DNA of 64,000 nt from Polyangiales bacterium (GCA_044229975.1 JBGARZ010000001.1:1056001-1120000), one strand, 5' to 3'; numbered from the stretch's first letter, positions 24,404-34,178 are shown. The notes: a model not told the origin generated them from the letters alone. Numbers and translations: made by a program.

Positions 24404-25135
24404 GTGACGACCCGCAGGCGCTACCCCGTCGTGCTCGCCGCCGCGCTCTCGCTCGCGTCGACGCCCGCCCGCGCTCACCCCGACGGCCGCGAGGTGGGCC
24501 GCTCGGCCGTCGGCTGTGGACGCGTCGGCAACTGCCACGGCGCCAGCCCCGGCGCGACCGCGACGCTCACCGGACCGGACACCCTGCTCCCCGGCGGACG
24601 CGCGACCTTCACGCTCGTCGTGCGCTCGACGAGCCCCGCGTTCACGGGCGGCGGCGTCGACGTGGGCGTGCGCGGGCCCGCGGGCACCTCGCTCGTCGCG
24701 ACGCAGGCCAACACGCGCGTCAACGCCGGAGACCTCGTGATGAACAACCGCCTGGCCGCCGAAGGCGGCGCCGTCACGGTCACCTTCGACGTCGTGGCCC
24801 CGACCGCGGGCGCGGTGACCCTCACGGCCGCGGGCAACGCCACCGACGGCACCGGCAACACCGGCGACGCCTGGGCGCTCACCGCCCACACCCTCGCCGT
24901 GGGCGACGTCGCGGCGGCGGACGCAGGCAACGCCCCGGATGCCTCGATGATCGGCACCGACAGCGGCCCGGCCGTCGACGGCGGCCCGCCGGGACCCGAA
25001 GCGTATGACCCGACGGTCTCCTACGGCTACGGCGGCTGCTCGGTGGGCGGGCGTCGAGCGACGACCATGCGGTGGGCGTGGTTCGCGGCGCTCGCGTGGT
25101 GGGCGCGACGTCGACGCGAGGGACGCGATGCGTAG
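24404..25135 (+). CDS. Secreted Reeler-like (MXAN_6652-like) protein with MYXO-CTERM tail
   Basis: Signal ARA|HP, GC..GNCHG, beta sandwich, AAGNATDGTG..GD. Tail GGCSV..TM..RRRR. Confidence 0.65.
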   Translation: MTTRRRYPVVLAAALSLASTPARAHPDGREVGRSAVGCGRVGNCHGASPGATATLTGPDTLLPGGRATFTLVVRSTSPAFTGGGVDVGVRGPAGTSLVATQANTRVNAGDLVMNNRLAAEGGAVTVTFDVVAPTAGAVTLTAAGNATDGTGNTGDAWALTAHTLAVGDVAAADAGNAPDASMIGTDSGPAVDGGPPGPEAYDPTVSYGYGGCSVGGRRATTMRWAWFAALAWWARRRREGRDA

Positions 25136-25673
25136 CGGCGTGGCGGGCGCGTTCTTCGCCGCGGTGGTCGCGTCGTGCGGAGGTGAGGCTCCGCCGTTGC
25201 CGTCGGTGGACGTCGCCGAGGGCGACCGGGGCCCGGTCTGCCTGAGCGGACGCTACTGGCCCTTCGGCGACCGCGGAGACAACCACATGCACCCGGGGCG
25301 TGACTGCGTCGGCTGCCACGCGCGCAGCGGCGACGCCCCGGCCTTCGCGGTCGCCGGAACGCTCTACAGCGCGCCCCACGAAGCCGACGAGTGCTTCGGC
25401 TACGACAGCGACGTGGCCGCCGGGCTCGGCGCCGAGGTCGAGCTCGTCGACGCCACCGGCGCGCGCTTCACCGTCGTCGCCAACCGCGCGGGGAACTTCT
25501 ACACCACCCACCCGCTCGCGTTTCCGTTGCAGCGCGTGCGCGTCTACGCCCCCGACGGCGCCTTCCGCGAGATGGGGAGCCCCGCCCCCCACGGCGACTG
25601 CAACGCCTGCCACACGCGCCTCGGTACCGTCTCCGCGCTGGGCGACTCGCCCGGGCGCCTGGTGGTGCCGTGA
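25128..25673 (+). CDS. Putative diheme c-type cytochrome lipoprotein
   Basis: Lipobox VASC, MHPGRDCVGCH and GDCNACH, C-terminal PGRLVVP. Confidence 0.75.
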   Translation: MRSGVAGAFFAAVVASCGGEAPPLPSVDVAEGDRGPVCLSGRYWPFGDRGDNHMHPGRDCVGCHARSGDAPAFAVAGTLYSAPHEADECFGYDSDVAAGLGAEVELVDATGARFTVVANRAGNFYTTHPLAFPLQRVRVYAPDGAFREMGSPAPHGDCNACHTRLGTVSALGDSPGRLVVP

Positions 25674-25707
25674 CGCCGCTCACACCCACCTGAGGAGGAC
25701 GGAGTCC

Positions 25708-26367
25708 ATGCACCGAAAGCCCCATCTGCTTCGCCTGTCGTTGCTCGCCGTCTGTGCCGGCGCGAGCTGTGCCCCCGACGTCGTCGGCTACCGCCCCGCG
25801 CGCGACGCGGGCGCCACCGTCGACGCGCCCGCGACCCCGATCGACGTCGGCTCCGACGTCGCGACGGTCGTCGATGCGCCCGAGGCGGACGTCTCGTCGC
25901 CCGCCGACACACCGCCGCCGTCGCCGTGCACCTCGGGCATCCACTGGACCCGCGGCAACCGCGGCAGCACGCAGATGAACCCCGGCCAGGCCTGTGTGGC
26001 GTGCCACGTCCGGATGCGCGCCGACGGGCCGACGCTGGTGGGCGGAACGGCCTACGGCGACGACGGCCAGGAGGACAACTGCTACGGCTTCCCGGGCACC
26101 ACGGGGGCGGCGTACGTCGAGGCCACCGACGCGGCGGGCTTCGCCATTCGCATGGCCATCAACCAGGCCGGCAACTTCTACTACAGCGGCCGCACCGCGC
26201 TGCGCTTCCCGCTGCACGGCGTCGCCGTGGTGGGCCCGGGCGGCCTGCGCAACGAGATGGACGACGACGCCCCCAACGGCGACTGCAACGGCTGTCACAC
26301 CGTCACCGGCACGTCGACGGTGGCGGGCTTCGACCCGGCGCCCGGCCGCATCCTCGTTCCGCGGTGA
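25708..26367 (+). CDS. Putative diheme c-type cytochrome lipoprotein (paralog of the upstream gene)
   Basis: Lipobox GASC, MNPGQACVACH and GDCNGCH, PGRILVP. RBS GAGGAGG/GGAG. Confidence 0.75.
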   Translation: MHRKPHLLRLSLLAVCAGASCAPDVVGYRPARDAGATVDAPATPIDVGSDVATVVDAPEADVSSPADTPPPSPCTSGIHWTRGNRGSTQMNPGQACVACHVRMRADGPTLVGGTAYGDDGQEDNCYGFPGTTGAAYVEATDAAGFAIRMAINQAGNFYYSGRTALRFPLHGVAVVGPGGLRNEMDDDAPNGDCNGCHTVTGTSTVAGFDPAPGRILVPR

Positions 26368-26370
26368 CGG

Positions 26371-27060
26371 CTACTCGATCTCGATGGTCACGCTCCGCAC
26401 GATCTCCGTGCGCAGCGAGGACCCCGCCGCGAACTCCCGCAACGACGTCGTCGTCGACCGCCGGAGTCGCACGGCCTGCGCGCCCGTCGCCGCCCCGAAG
26501 GCGCCCGGCGGGAGGTCGACCGCGCCGTTATCCGGGACGGTTCGCGTCGGCTCGGGCGACACGATCGTCGCGTCCGCTCCGCCCGCAGGTGACCACCGGA
26601 CATCGATGTCGGCGCCGCGCGCGATGCGCTGGCCGCGGGTCGGCTGGACGATGGCGTGCGCCGCCAGCGCCGCGAGGGGCACGGTGCGGGTGACGCCGTC
26701 GGCGCGCACGAGCAGCGCGAGGGTGCTCCGGTAATCGTCGAAGGTGGCGGTGTAGCGACCGCCGCCCGCCGCCGTGACCACCACATCGCGCTCTCCGCCG
26801 GTGATCGACACCTCCGCCGTCGCGGGCGCGCCGTCGGCCGTCAGCGTCGCGCTCACCGTCAGCATGAGCTCCGCCCGCGCGGCGTCCCGATCGGTGACCA
26901 TGACCACCACCTGGAGCGAGAGCTCCGCTCGCGCGGCCTCGTCGCGCGGCCCATCCGTCGCGGCGTCGGTGGTCGGCTCGCGGGCGACGATCGCGTCACG
27001 CACGCAGCCCGGCGCGGCCACCAGCACGAGCCCGAGCACCGCCCTCGCGCCGCGGCTCAA
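26371..27060 (-). CDS. Hypothetical lipoprotein
   Basis: Lipobox APGC, beta-rich, translationally coupled to the upstream gene. Confidence 0.65.
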   Translation of the reverse strand: MSRGARAVLGLVLVAAPGCVRDAIVAREPTTDAATDGPRDEAARAELSLQVVVMVTDRDAARAELMLTVSATLTADGAPATAEVSITGGERDVVVTAAGGGRYTATFDDYRSTLALLVRADGVTRTVPLAALAAHAIVQPTRGQRIARGADIDVRWSPAGGADATIVSPEPTRTVPDNGAVDLPPGAFGAATGAQAVRLRRSTTTSLREFAAGSSLRTEIVRSVTIEIE

Positions 27061-27743
27061 GGACCTTCCCCCCGCTGCGCGCGCACCTGGGCGGAGTAGA
27101 TCCCGTGCGGGTGTCGCGCGAGGAACCGATCGGCCTCACGGGTCACCACCGCGGGCGAGGCGCCCAGGGTGCTGGCGCGAAACGTCAGGTAGTCGCGCTC
27201 CTCCGCGAGGGCCGACTGCGGGAAGCGTCGCGCGTGGTCGTGGAGCGTCGTCGCCGCGAGCGCCGCGTCGCCGCTGGCCAGCGCGGCGCGAGCGCGTTCG
27301 AGCGGCGCCGACTCCGCGGCCGGATCGACCGACGCGTGCTCGTGGACGGAGGCGTCGTGGTGCGCCGCGTGGTGCGCCGCGGTCGCGACGGGCGCCGCGA
27401 TGGCGGCCGAGGGGACGACCGCAGGCGCGGCGGTCGTCGCGGTGGGCACCGGCCCGACGCGGGCGACGGGCGTCCGGTGCGTCGGCGGTCGACGCGATCG
27501 CACGACGGCGACGGAGGTGCCCGCGACCACGGCCAGCGCCGCGAGGAACTTCACCACCGTCGCCGCCTTCCACGCCGTGACGCCCGCCGCCTTCGTGAGG
27601 GCCACGCGGGTGAGCGCCGAGGCCGACGCCGCGCGCACCGCCTCGGGCAGCGGGGGCGGCGCGCCGCGCGCCTGCTGGAGCAACGCGCGGACGTGGTCCG
27701 GGGCGCCGCCGCCGGGGTCACGCCATCGGGCCGGGTCTTTCAT
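27057..27743 (-). CDS. Putative anti-sigma factor (TM, Pro/Ala linker, TPR-like C-terminus)
   Basis: Overlaps the ECF stop. LERARAAL..GD..HARRFPQSALAEER..FLARHPHGIY pattern is typical of myxobacterial ECF partners. Confidence 0.7.
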   Translation of the reverse strand: MKDPARWRDPGGGAPDHVRALLQQARGAPPPLPEAVRAASASALTRVALTKAAGVTAWKAATVVKFLAALAVVAGTSVAVVRSRRPPTHRTPVARVGPVPTATTAAPAVVPSAAIAAPVATAAHHAAHHDASVHEHASVDPAAESAPLERARAALASGDAALAATTLHDHARRFPQSALAEERDYLTFRASTLGASPAVVTREADRFLARHPHGIYSAQVRAQRGEGP

Positions 27744-28354
27744 CGGCTGCCTCCCTTCGTCGGATGTTGGAGCGCGGCGAGGCCCTCGGCGAAGGCCGCC
27801 CGCGCCGCGTGCAGGCGAGAATAGACCGTCCCCACGGGGACGCCGATCATCGTCGCGATCTCGGGGCAGGTCATCTCCTCCAGCTCGAACATCACGAACA
27901 CCGCCCGCTTGTCGGCGTCCAGCGCGTCGAGGGCGCGGTTCACGAGGGCGCGGGCCTGCGCGGCCGCGGCAGCGTCCTCGGGCGATCGCCCGCCGCCGAC
28001 GGGCGCCTCGGGGACCGTCTCGACGGCCTCTTCGGGGTGCCGTCGTCGGTGCCGGCGCCACGTCGACACCACGCGCAGGCAGATGCCGTAGAGCCACGTC
28101 GTCAGGAGGCTGGAGCCGTCGAAGGAGTCGAGCCGACGGTGCACCACCAGGAAGACCTCCTGGAGCAGGTCGGGGCGGTCGTCGTCGGGCACCCCCATGC
28201 GGTGCAGCGTCGACCACACGAAGCCGGCCTGTGCAGCGTGGATCGCCTCCACGTCGAGCGGCGCGTGGGCGCGGTCGGGCGCGTCGCTCATGTCGCGGCG
28301 CGGACCGAGCGCGCGCGCGCCGAGGACGTTGGGAGGGAGTGCGAGCCACGCCAT
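27740..28354 (-). CDS. ECF RNA polymerase sigma factor
   Basis: FVWSTL, DLLQEVFLVV, TTWLYGI, RAVFVMFELE..EIA..GTVYSRLH.AR. Alternative start at 28291. Confidence 0.93.
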   Translation of the reverse strand: MAWLALPPNVLGARALGPRRDMSDAPDRAHAPLDVEAIHAAQAGFVWSTLHRMGVPDDDRPDLLQEVFLVVHRRLDSFDGSSLLTTWLYGICLRVVSTWRRHRRRHPEEAVETVPEAPVGGGRSPEDAAAAAQARALVNRALDALDADKRAVFVMFELEEMTCPEIATMIGVPVGTVYSRLHAARAAFAEGLAALQHPTKGGSR

Positions 28355-28388
28355 GACGGGCGGTGGATGACCGCGCGCGAAGGATCCT

Positions 28389-29438
28389 TCACCGCAACCG
28401 CACGCCCAGCGTCAGATCGCCTTCGAAGGCCAGCGGGGTCGGCTCGAACGAGGGCTCCCGGCGCCCCTCGATGCGCGCGGCCCAGCCGAGCACCGGGACC
28501 ACGCCCCGCGCCTGGAGGCCGAGCGCCAGGTAGCGCCCGAGCGCGATGTGCACGTGCCCGTCGAACCACAGCCCCGCCCAGAAGCGATCACCCGGGTCGA
28601 CCGGCTGGAGCGAGAGCGCCGCCAGGTGCACCGCGCCCCCCATCGCGCCTGCGCAGAGCCCCATCCTCCACGGACCGGGCGACCAGTCGTGGCAGGCGCC
28701 CACGCGCGCGAAGGTGCGCCCGACGCCGACGACGCCGTCGTCGGTGCGGTGGGACGGGACGAGCAGCGCGCCCACCTGCACGCCCCAGCGACGCGAGAGC
28801 GCGACGTCCAGCGAGAGCCCCACGGCCACCGACGGCGACGGGTCGAGGCCGTACGAGCTGCCACCCGAGACCCGCAGCCACAGCGGCAGGACGGGCGGCG
28901 CGGGCGGCAGGCGCGGCGGCGGCGGGCTCGCGGGCGGCGGGGTCGGCGCGGGACATGCCGCGCAGGCCGGGCACTCGACGACCGGGCACACGGGCGCCGG
29001 GGTCGCGGGCGGGGGCACAGGCGGAGGTGGCGGTCGCAGCGCCGCGTCGGGGTCGATGAGCAGCACCACCGCGAGCGCGACGGCGTCGGCCAGGCCCTCG
29101 CAGGTCGGGCCCGGCTGCGCGATGGTCCGTACCGCGTCGCGCTCGCCGGTCTCGCGCAGCACGAGGCGCGCGGTGCGACGGGCCCGACCGCCTGCGTCGA
29201 AGCGGACGACGATGCGTCGCGAGGACGCCTCGTCGAAGCCCTCGCGCCCGAGGCGCCGCCGCACCTCCGCCGTCAGCGCCCCGGAGTCGGGGCAGTCGTC
29301 GGGGCCGCCGTCGAGCACCCGCAGCGACGCGGTTCGCGGGACCTGGGCAACGGCGTCGCGGGCGAACACGGCGAGGGCGACCGTCACGGCGAGGGTGAGA
29401 CGAAAGACCCCGGCGGCGCGATCGATCCCCTGCTGCAT
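28389..29438 (-). CDS. Secreted hypothetical protein with Pro-rich linker and beta-barrel-like C-terminal half
   Basis: Signal peptide, CPD..CEGLADAVAL N-terminal domain, poly-Pro linker, alternating beta strands ending LTLGVRLR. Confidence 0.65.
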   Translation of the reverse strand: MQQGIDRAAGVFRLTLAVTVALAVFARDAVAQVPRTASLRVLDGGPDDCPDSGALTAEVRRRLGREGFDEASSRRIVVRFDAGGRARRTARLVLRETGERDAVRTIAQPGPTCEGLADAVALAVVLLIDPDAALRPPPPPVPPPATPAPVCPVVECPACAACPAPTPPPASPPPPRLPPAPPVLPLWLRVSGGSSYGLDPSPSVAVGLSLDVALSRRWGVQVGALLVPSHRTDDGVVGVGRTFARVGACHDWSPGPWRMGLCAGAMGGAVHLAALSLQPVDPGDRFWAGLWFDGHVHIALGRYLALGLQARGVVPVLGWAARIEGRREPSFEPTPLAFEGDLTLGVRLR

Positions 29439-29628
29439 GGAGGCCGCGCACCATACCCAGGCGCCGCGCGATGTCCACGCCGGGCGAGCGGACCGCGACG
29501 GTTGGCGCGTCGATCAGCCGACGGTCGATTGTCCCGATGGGTCGACCGACGGTCGGCCATGGAGCGATCACAGACCCGACGGAGCGGCACGACGCGCCCT
29601 CCCGACACCATCGGAGACGAAGCCCACG

Positions 29629-29952
29629 ATGCGATCAACCCTCCTGCTCCTCGGCGCCCTCCTCGCAGGATGCGGCGGCGGGTCCGGCTCGACCTGCCCG
29701 ACGACCAGCACCCTCACGTACGACAACTTCGGTCGGCAGTTTTTCGCCAGCTACTGCGACCGCTGCCACGCGGCCGGCGAGCGACCGTCACTCTCCACGC
29801 TCGCGGAGATCCGCGCCCAGTCCACGGCCATCGACGTCGAGTCCGCCGCGGGGCCCAACGCCGTCAACACCGCGATGCCCGAGAGCGGCACGGCGCCCAC
29901 CGAGGCCGAGCGCCGCCAACTCGGCGAGTGGCTCGCCTGCGGCGCGCGGTAG
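29629..29952 (+). CDS. Small monoheme cytochrome c-like lipoprotein
   Basis: Lipobox LAGC, LTYDNFG..FF..YCDRCH, distal MP, ER..LGEWLACGA. RBS GGAG. Confidence 0.75.
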   Translation: MRSTLLLLGALLAGCGGGSGSTCPTTSTLTYDNFGRQFFASYCDRCHAAGERPSLSTLAEIRAQSTAIDVESAAGPNAVNTAMPESGTAPTEAERRQLGEWLACGAR

Positions 29953-30070
29953 CGTCGTCCCCTGCGCGCGGGCTTGAAGTCACGGACGCCACGCGACGAG
30001 TCGGCAAAGCTCTCAACCGACGACGCACCGCGTTGACACGCCTCCTCCAACTGTCTCAGCGTGGCGGTCC

Positions 30071-33000
30071 GTGCGTCATCCGAGCATCGCCTCCGACCCG
30101 TCGACCCTCGCGGCCTCCTACGACGTCGTGATCATCGGCTCGGGCTACGGCGGCGCCGTCGCGGCCTCGCGCTTCGCCCGCACCGGCCGCTCGGTCTGCG
30201 TTCTCGAGCGTGGCCGCGAGCACCTCCCCGGCGACTTCCCCCGCACCGTCGCCGACGCGAGCTTCGGCACGCACGTCGATGCCCGCAGCGCCTCCCTCGG
30301 CCGACGCGACAGCCTCTACCAGCTCCACGTCGGCGAGGGGCTCACCGTCGCCTGGAGCTGCGGCCTCGGCGGCGGATCGCTCATCAACAGCGGCGTCGTC
30401 GCGCGCCCCGACGACGACGTGTTGCGCGACCCGCTCTGGCCCGAGGCGCTGCGCCGCGACGACGACGGCAGCTTCGCGCGCGCCTACGAGCGAGCGTGGT
30501 CGATGCTCCGACCGGCGACGTACCCCGAGGGCGGCGTCGTTCCGCGCAAGCTCGCGGCGCTGGAGGAGGCTGCGTCGCGCGTCGGAGGCGAGGCGCGTCG
30601 GCTGCCCGTGTGCGTGTCGTACGAGGCCGGGGTCAACCACGTCGGCGTCGAGGTCGCGGCCTGCACCGGATGCGGCGACTGCAACTCGGGCTGCAACCAT
30701 GGCGCGAAGAGCACCCTCGGCGTCACCTACCTCACCGACGCCGTCGCCCACGGCGCGCGTTGTTTCACGTCCGCAGAAGTCGATCACGTCGAGCGCGCGG
30801 GCGACACCTGGCTCGTCGCGTGCCGCCTCGACGGACTCGGTCGCGAGCGCTTCGACGCGCCGTGGGTGACCCTGCGCGCGAAGGTCGTCGTCGTCGCGGC
30901 GGGTGTCCTCGGCACCAGCGCCGTGCTCTTGCGATCACGCGACCGCGGGCTCTCCCTGTCGGCGCGCGTGGGCCAGCGCGTGAGCGCCAACGGCAACGTG
31001 CTCGGCTTCGCCTACGCGACCCCCGAAGCGCGCGGCGCCCAGGGACTCGGCGAGCGCACCGACGCGACGCCCGTGGGCCCGGGCATCACGGCGATGCTGG
31101 CACTACCCGCGACGGAGACGAGCGAGCGCGTGGTCATCGAGGACGGATCGCACCCCGGGTGGGCCTCTCCAGCGATGGCCGGACTGCTCCTCGCGGGCGC
31201 CTTCTCCGATGCCTCGTGGCAGCAGAAGCTCTCCCGCGCACGGAGCCCATCACGCGCGCTCGCCGGGACGCTCAACCTCCTCGCGATGACCCACGACGCC
31301 GCCGAGGGGACGATCACCCTCGACGACAGCGCACCGCGTCTCTCGTGGAAGGGCGAGGCCCACGCGGGGATGAGTCCGTCGGTCACCCGGCGGCTCGGTG
31401 AGGTCGCGGCCTCGCTCGGCGGTCAGCTCGTGGTGCAGCCCGGCGCCATGACCGCGCAGGCGCTCGGGGGATGTGTCGCCGCCGACCGCGCGGAGGACGG
31501 CGTGGTCGATGACGCCGGGCGAGTCTTCTCGTCGGTGGCAGGCACTGACGTCCACGCAGGGCTCTACGTCACCGACGGGTCTGCCATCCCGCGCTCACTC
31601 GGCATCAACCCGTTGTGGACCATCAGCGCCTTCGCCGAGCGCGCGGTCGAGCGCGCCATCCGCGAGCAGGGCTGGGACCACGCCGCCGCGCCCCCTCCCC
31701 CGCCCCCGGTGCGACCGCAGCCCGAAGCGCTGCGCTTCACCGAGCGCATGAGCGGCGAGATCGACCTCCTCGACGGAGACCAGACGACGCTCTCGTTCAC
31801 CATCACCGTCAGCGTGGACGCCGTCGACGCCCTCGCCCGCGACCCCGGCCGCGCCGTCGGCTTCGTCGGGACGGCGCTGGTGCCTGCGCTCTCCCCTCGC
31901 CCCTTTGCCGTGACCGAAGGGCGCTTCGTGTTCTTCGAGCGCGTCGCCTCGCGCGCGGAGGCGCGGCGCATGACCTACGCGTGCGGGCTCACGAGCCACG
32001 ACGGTCGGCGGTACTTCCTGCGCGGCGAGAAGGACGTGCACGACGACGGCGGCGGACCGCTGGAGTTCTGGCGCGACACGACGAAGCTCGCGGTGGTGCT
32101 GCACGACGGCGTCGACGCGTCGGCGCCCGAGCTCGGGCGCGGCACCCTGCACCTCTCGGCCACGGACTTCGCGCGACAGCTCGCGACCGTGCGCGGAACG
32201 CTCCCGGCCGCCGCCGCGCTCACCCGCTTCTTCCTCGGTTCGTTGCGCGAGGTGTACGGGTCCTTCGCCCGCGGCGACCGCGCCGTCGACCGGGCCACCC
32301 GCGACGCCCCTGTGCGCGCCCTGCGGGCCCCCGCCCCCGAACGCCATTTCTACCGCACCGACGACGGCGTCTCGCTGCCGCTCAAGCGCTACCGCGGCGG
32401 ATCGCGCGGCCCGGTGGTGCTCGTGCACGGCTACTCCGCGACGCACGCGACCTTCGAGCTCGACACCGTCGACGAGAGCCTCGTCGAACACCTGTGCGCC
32501 CGCGGCTGGGACGTCTGGCTCCACTCCTGGCGCTCCAACGGCTTCGTCGCCCCGCGGGTGCGGGCGCCGTTCACCCTCGACGACGTCGCGGCCCTCGACC
32601 ACCCCGCCGCCCTTCGGCGCGTGTGCGAGCTCGCGGGCTCACCCGACGCCCACGTCGTCGCCCACTGCCTCGGCGCGCAGACGGTGTTCATGTCGCTGCT
32701 GCGGCACGGGTTGCGGTCGCGCGTCCGCTCGCTCGCGTGCCTCCAGGTGGCCGCGCACTGGGAGGCGCCGACGCTGCTCGGCGTGAAGGTCCACTCGCGC
32801 ATCCCCGACGTGCTCGATGCGCTCGGCGTGGGCCTCGTCCCCACCGGCGCCCTGCGCGAAGACGGGGCCCTCCTGCGGGCGCTCGACGCGGCGCTGCACG
32901 CCCACCCGCGCAGCGAACGTCAACGCTGTAGCAACCCCACGTGCCGGCGCGCAGCGGCCATGTTCGGCGAGCTCATCCGCCACGAGAACGTCAACGCCGC

Positions 33001-33358
33001 GACGCACGACCGCATGGCCGCGCACCTCGGCGACGCCCCGGTGCGGCCGTTCATCCAGATGGCGGCCATCGCGCGGCGTGGCGAGCTCGTCGACGTCCGC
33101 GGGCGGTCGTACCTCAGCGACCTCCGATCGCTGGAGATGCCGATCACCTTCGTCCACAGCGAGCTCAACGAGGTGGTCGGCCAGGGCGCGACGGCCCGCT
33201 CGTGGCAGCTCCTGCGCGAGACCTTCGGCGACCGCCACTACCGCCGCGTGGTGATCCCCGGCTACGGGCACAACGACGCGCTCATCGGCCGCGACTCGGC
33301 CCGCGATGTATTTCCCCATCTCGCCACCCACCTCGAACGCGCGGAGGCGCAACCGTGA
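30071..33358 (+). CDS. Cholesterol-oxidase-like GMC oxidoreductase fused to an alpha/beta hydrolase
   Basis: VVIIGSGYGG, LERG, GLGGGSLIN, CTGCGDCNSGC, LYVTDGS..GINP..TISAFAER. C-terminal VLVHG, AHCLG, GYGHND. Confidence 0.88.
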   Translation: MRHPSIASDPSTLAASYDVVIIGSGYGGAVAASRFARTGRSVCVLERGREHLPGDFPRTVADASFGTHVDARSASLGRRDSLYQLHVGEGLTVAWSCGLGGGSLINSGVVARPDDDVLRDPLWPEALRRDDDGSFARAYERAWSMLRPATYPEGGVVPRKLAALEEAASRVGGEARRLPVCVSYEAGVNHVGVEVAACTGCGDCNSGCNHGAKSTLGVTYLTDAVAHGARCFTSAEVDHVERAGDTWLVACRLDGLGRERFDAPWVTLRAKVVVVAAGVLGTSAVLLRSRDRGLSLSARVGQRVSANGNVLGFAYATPEARGAQGLGERTDATPVGPGITAMLALPATETSERVVIEDGSHPGWASPAMAGLLLAGAFSDASWQQKLSRARSPSRALAGTLNLLAMTHDAAEGTITLDDSAPRLSWKGEAHAGMSPSVTRRLGEVAASLGGQLVVQPGAMTAQALGGCVAADRAEDGVVDDAGRVFSSVAGTDVHAGLYVTDGSAIPRSLGINPLWTISAFAERAVERAIREQGWDHAAAPPPPPPVRPQPEALRFTERMSGEIDLLDGDQTTLSFTITVSVDAVDALARDPGRAVGFVGTALVPALSPRPFAVTEGRFVFFERVASRAEARRMTYACGLTSHDGRRYFLRGEKDVHDDGGGPLEFWRDTTKLAVVLHDGVDASAPELGRGTLHLSATDFARQLATVRGTLPAAAALTRFFLGSLREVYGSFARGDRAVDRATRDAPVRALRAPAPERHFYRTDDGVSLPLKRYRGGSRGPVVLVHGYSATHATFELDTVDESLVEHLCARGWDVWLHSWRSNGFVAPRVRAPFTLDDVAALDHPAALRRVCELAGSPDAHVVAHCLGAQTVFMSLLRHGLRSRVRSLACLQVAAHWEAPTLLGVKVHSRIPDVLDALGVGLVPTGALREDGALLRALDAALHAHPRSERQRCSNPTCRRAAAMFGELIRHENVNAATHDRMAAHLGDAPVRPFIQMAAIARRGELVDVRGRSYLSDLRSLEMPITFVHSELNEVVGQGATARSWQLLRETFGDRHYRRVVIPGYGHNDALIGRDSARDVFPHLATHLERAEAQP

Positions 33359-33861
33359 GCATCTGGTTCGATTGCGACTCGTGCTGGGACGGCTTCCTCG
33401 ACGCCGCGCCTTGTCGGGTGGAGGCCGTCGAGCTCGTCCCAGCCGGGACGGAGGCGACCTTCGCGGCCATCGTCGAGCCCGCGCAGCGCGTCCGTTGGTC
33501 TCCGGGAATGATCGACGCGCGCTGGCTCACCCCGCCACCGTACGGAGCAGGCTCCGAGCGGCGCGTCATCCACGAGGCCCTGCGCAGCGACCAGCGGGTC
33601 GTGGCGTGGGAACCCGGGCGGCGATTTTCGTTCTACTTCACCCGCGCGGGTGCGCCGGCGGCGAGCCAGTTCATGGAAGAGTTCGTGCTCAACGAGGAGC
33701 CCTTCGGCACGCGCGTCCGGTGGCGCATCGGGTGGCGGCTGCGCCTGCCGCTGCGCGCGCTCGGCGGGCTGACCGAGCGCGCGGCGGGGCCGATGTTCCA
33801 GTCGTACCTCGGGGGGCTGCGGCGCTATCTCGATGCCGGAGCCCGCGCCGCTGGCGTCTGA
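33355..33861 (+). CDS. SRPBCC (polyketide cyclase/START-like) family protein
   Basis: WSPG..WLTPPPYGAGSER, VVAWEPGRRF, GTRVRW. GTG overlaps the upstream TGA. Confidence 0.8.
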   Translation: MSIWFDCDSCWDGFLDAAPCRVEAVELVPAGTEATFAAIVEPAQRVRWSPGMIDARWLTPPPYGAGSERRVIHEALRSDQRVVAWEPGRRFSFYFTRAGAPAASQFMEEFVLNEEPFGTRVRWRIGWRLRLPLRALGGLTERAAGPMFQSYLGGLRRYLDAGARAAGV

Positions 33862-33941
33862 CGACGACCAACGACCACTCGGCGCGACGACCCTGACAAC
33901 ATGTGCGGGCCATCGTCGAAGCGCCGCCCCGCGCTAGCGCC

Positions 33942-34178
33942 TCAGCTGTTGTTGCGGTTCCAGTTGTAGCCGATCTGGACCTTGATGAGGTTGAGCGTGC
34001 CGTCCCCCACGAGGCCGTCGACGGTGTAGCCGAAGGCCTTCTGGATGTGCACCACGGCGGCGTGCGTGGCGTCGCCGAACTTCCCGTCCACGGTGAGGCC
34101 GTAGCCCATCTTGTTGAGGTTCTCCTGGAGCGCCTTCACGTCGTCGCCGGCCGAACCCTTCTTCAAAACATTGCTCAT
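33942..34178 (-). CDS. Stand-alone peptidoglycan-binding domain protein (PG_binding_1)
   Basis: LKKGSAGDDVKALQENL..GY..VDGKFG..T..AV..Q..VDGLVG..T. Confidence 0.85.
   Translation of the reverse strand: MSNVLKKGSAGDDVKALQENLNKMGYGLTVDGKFGDATHAAVVHIQKAFGYTVDGLVGDGTLNLIKVQIGYNWNRNNS

Noticed and set aside
29490..29600. Repeated CGACGG words and a GGCACG sigma54-like site
   Set aside because: Spacing is irregular, the word is common in GC-rich DNA, and the -12 GC is missing.
30033..30062. Sigma70 promoter for the GMC oxidase
   Set aside because: TTGACA is present but the -10 (CAGCGT at 18 bp) is too weak to call.
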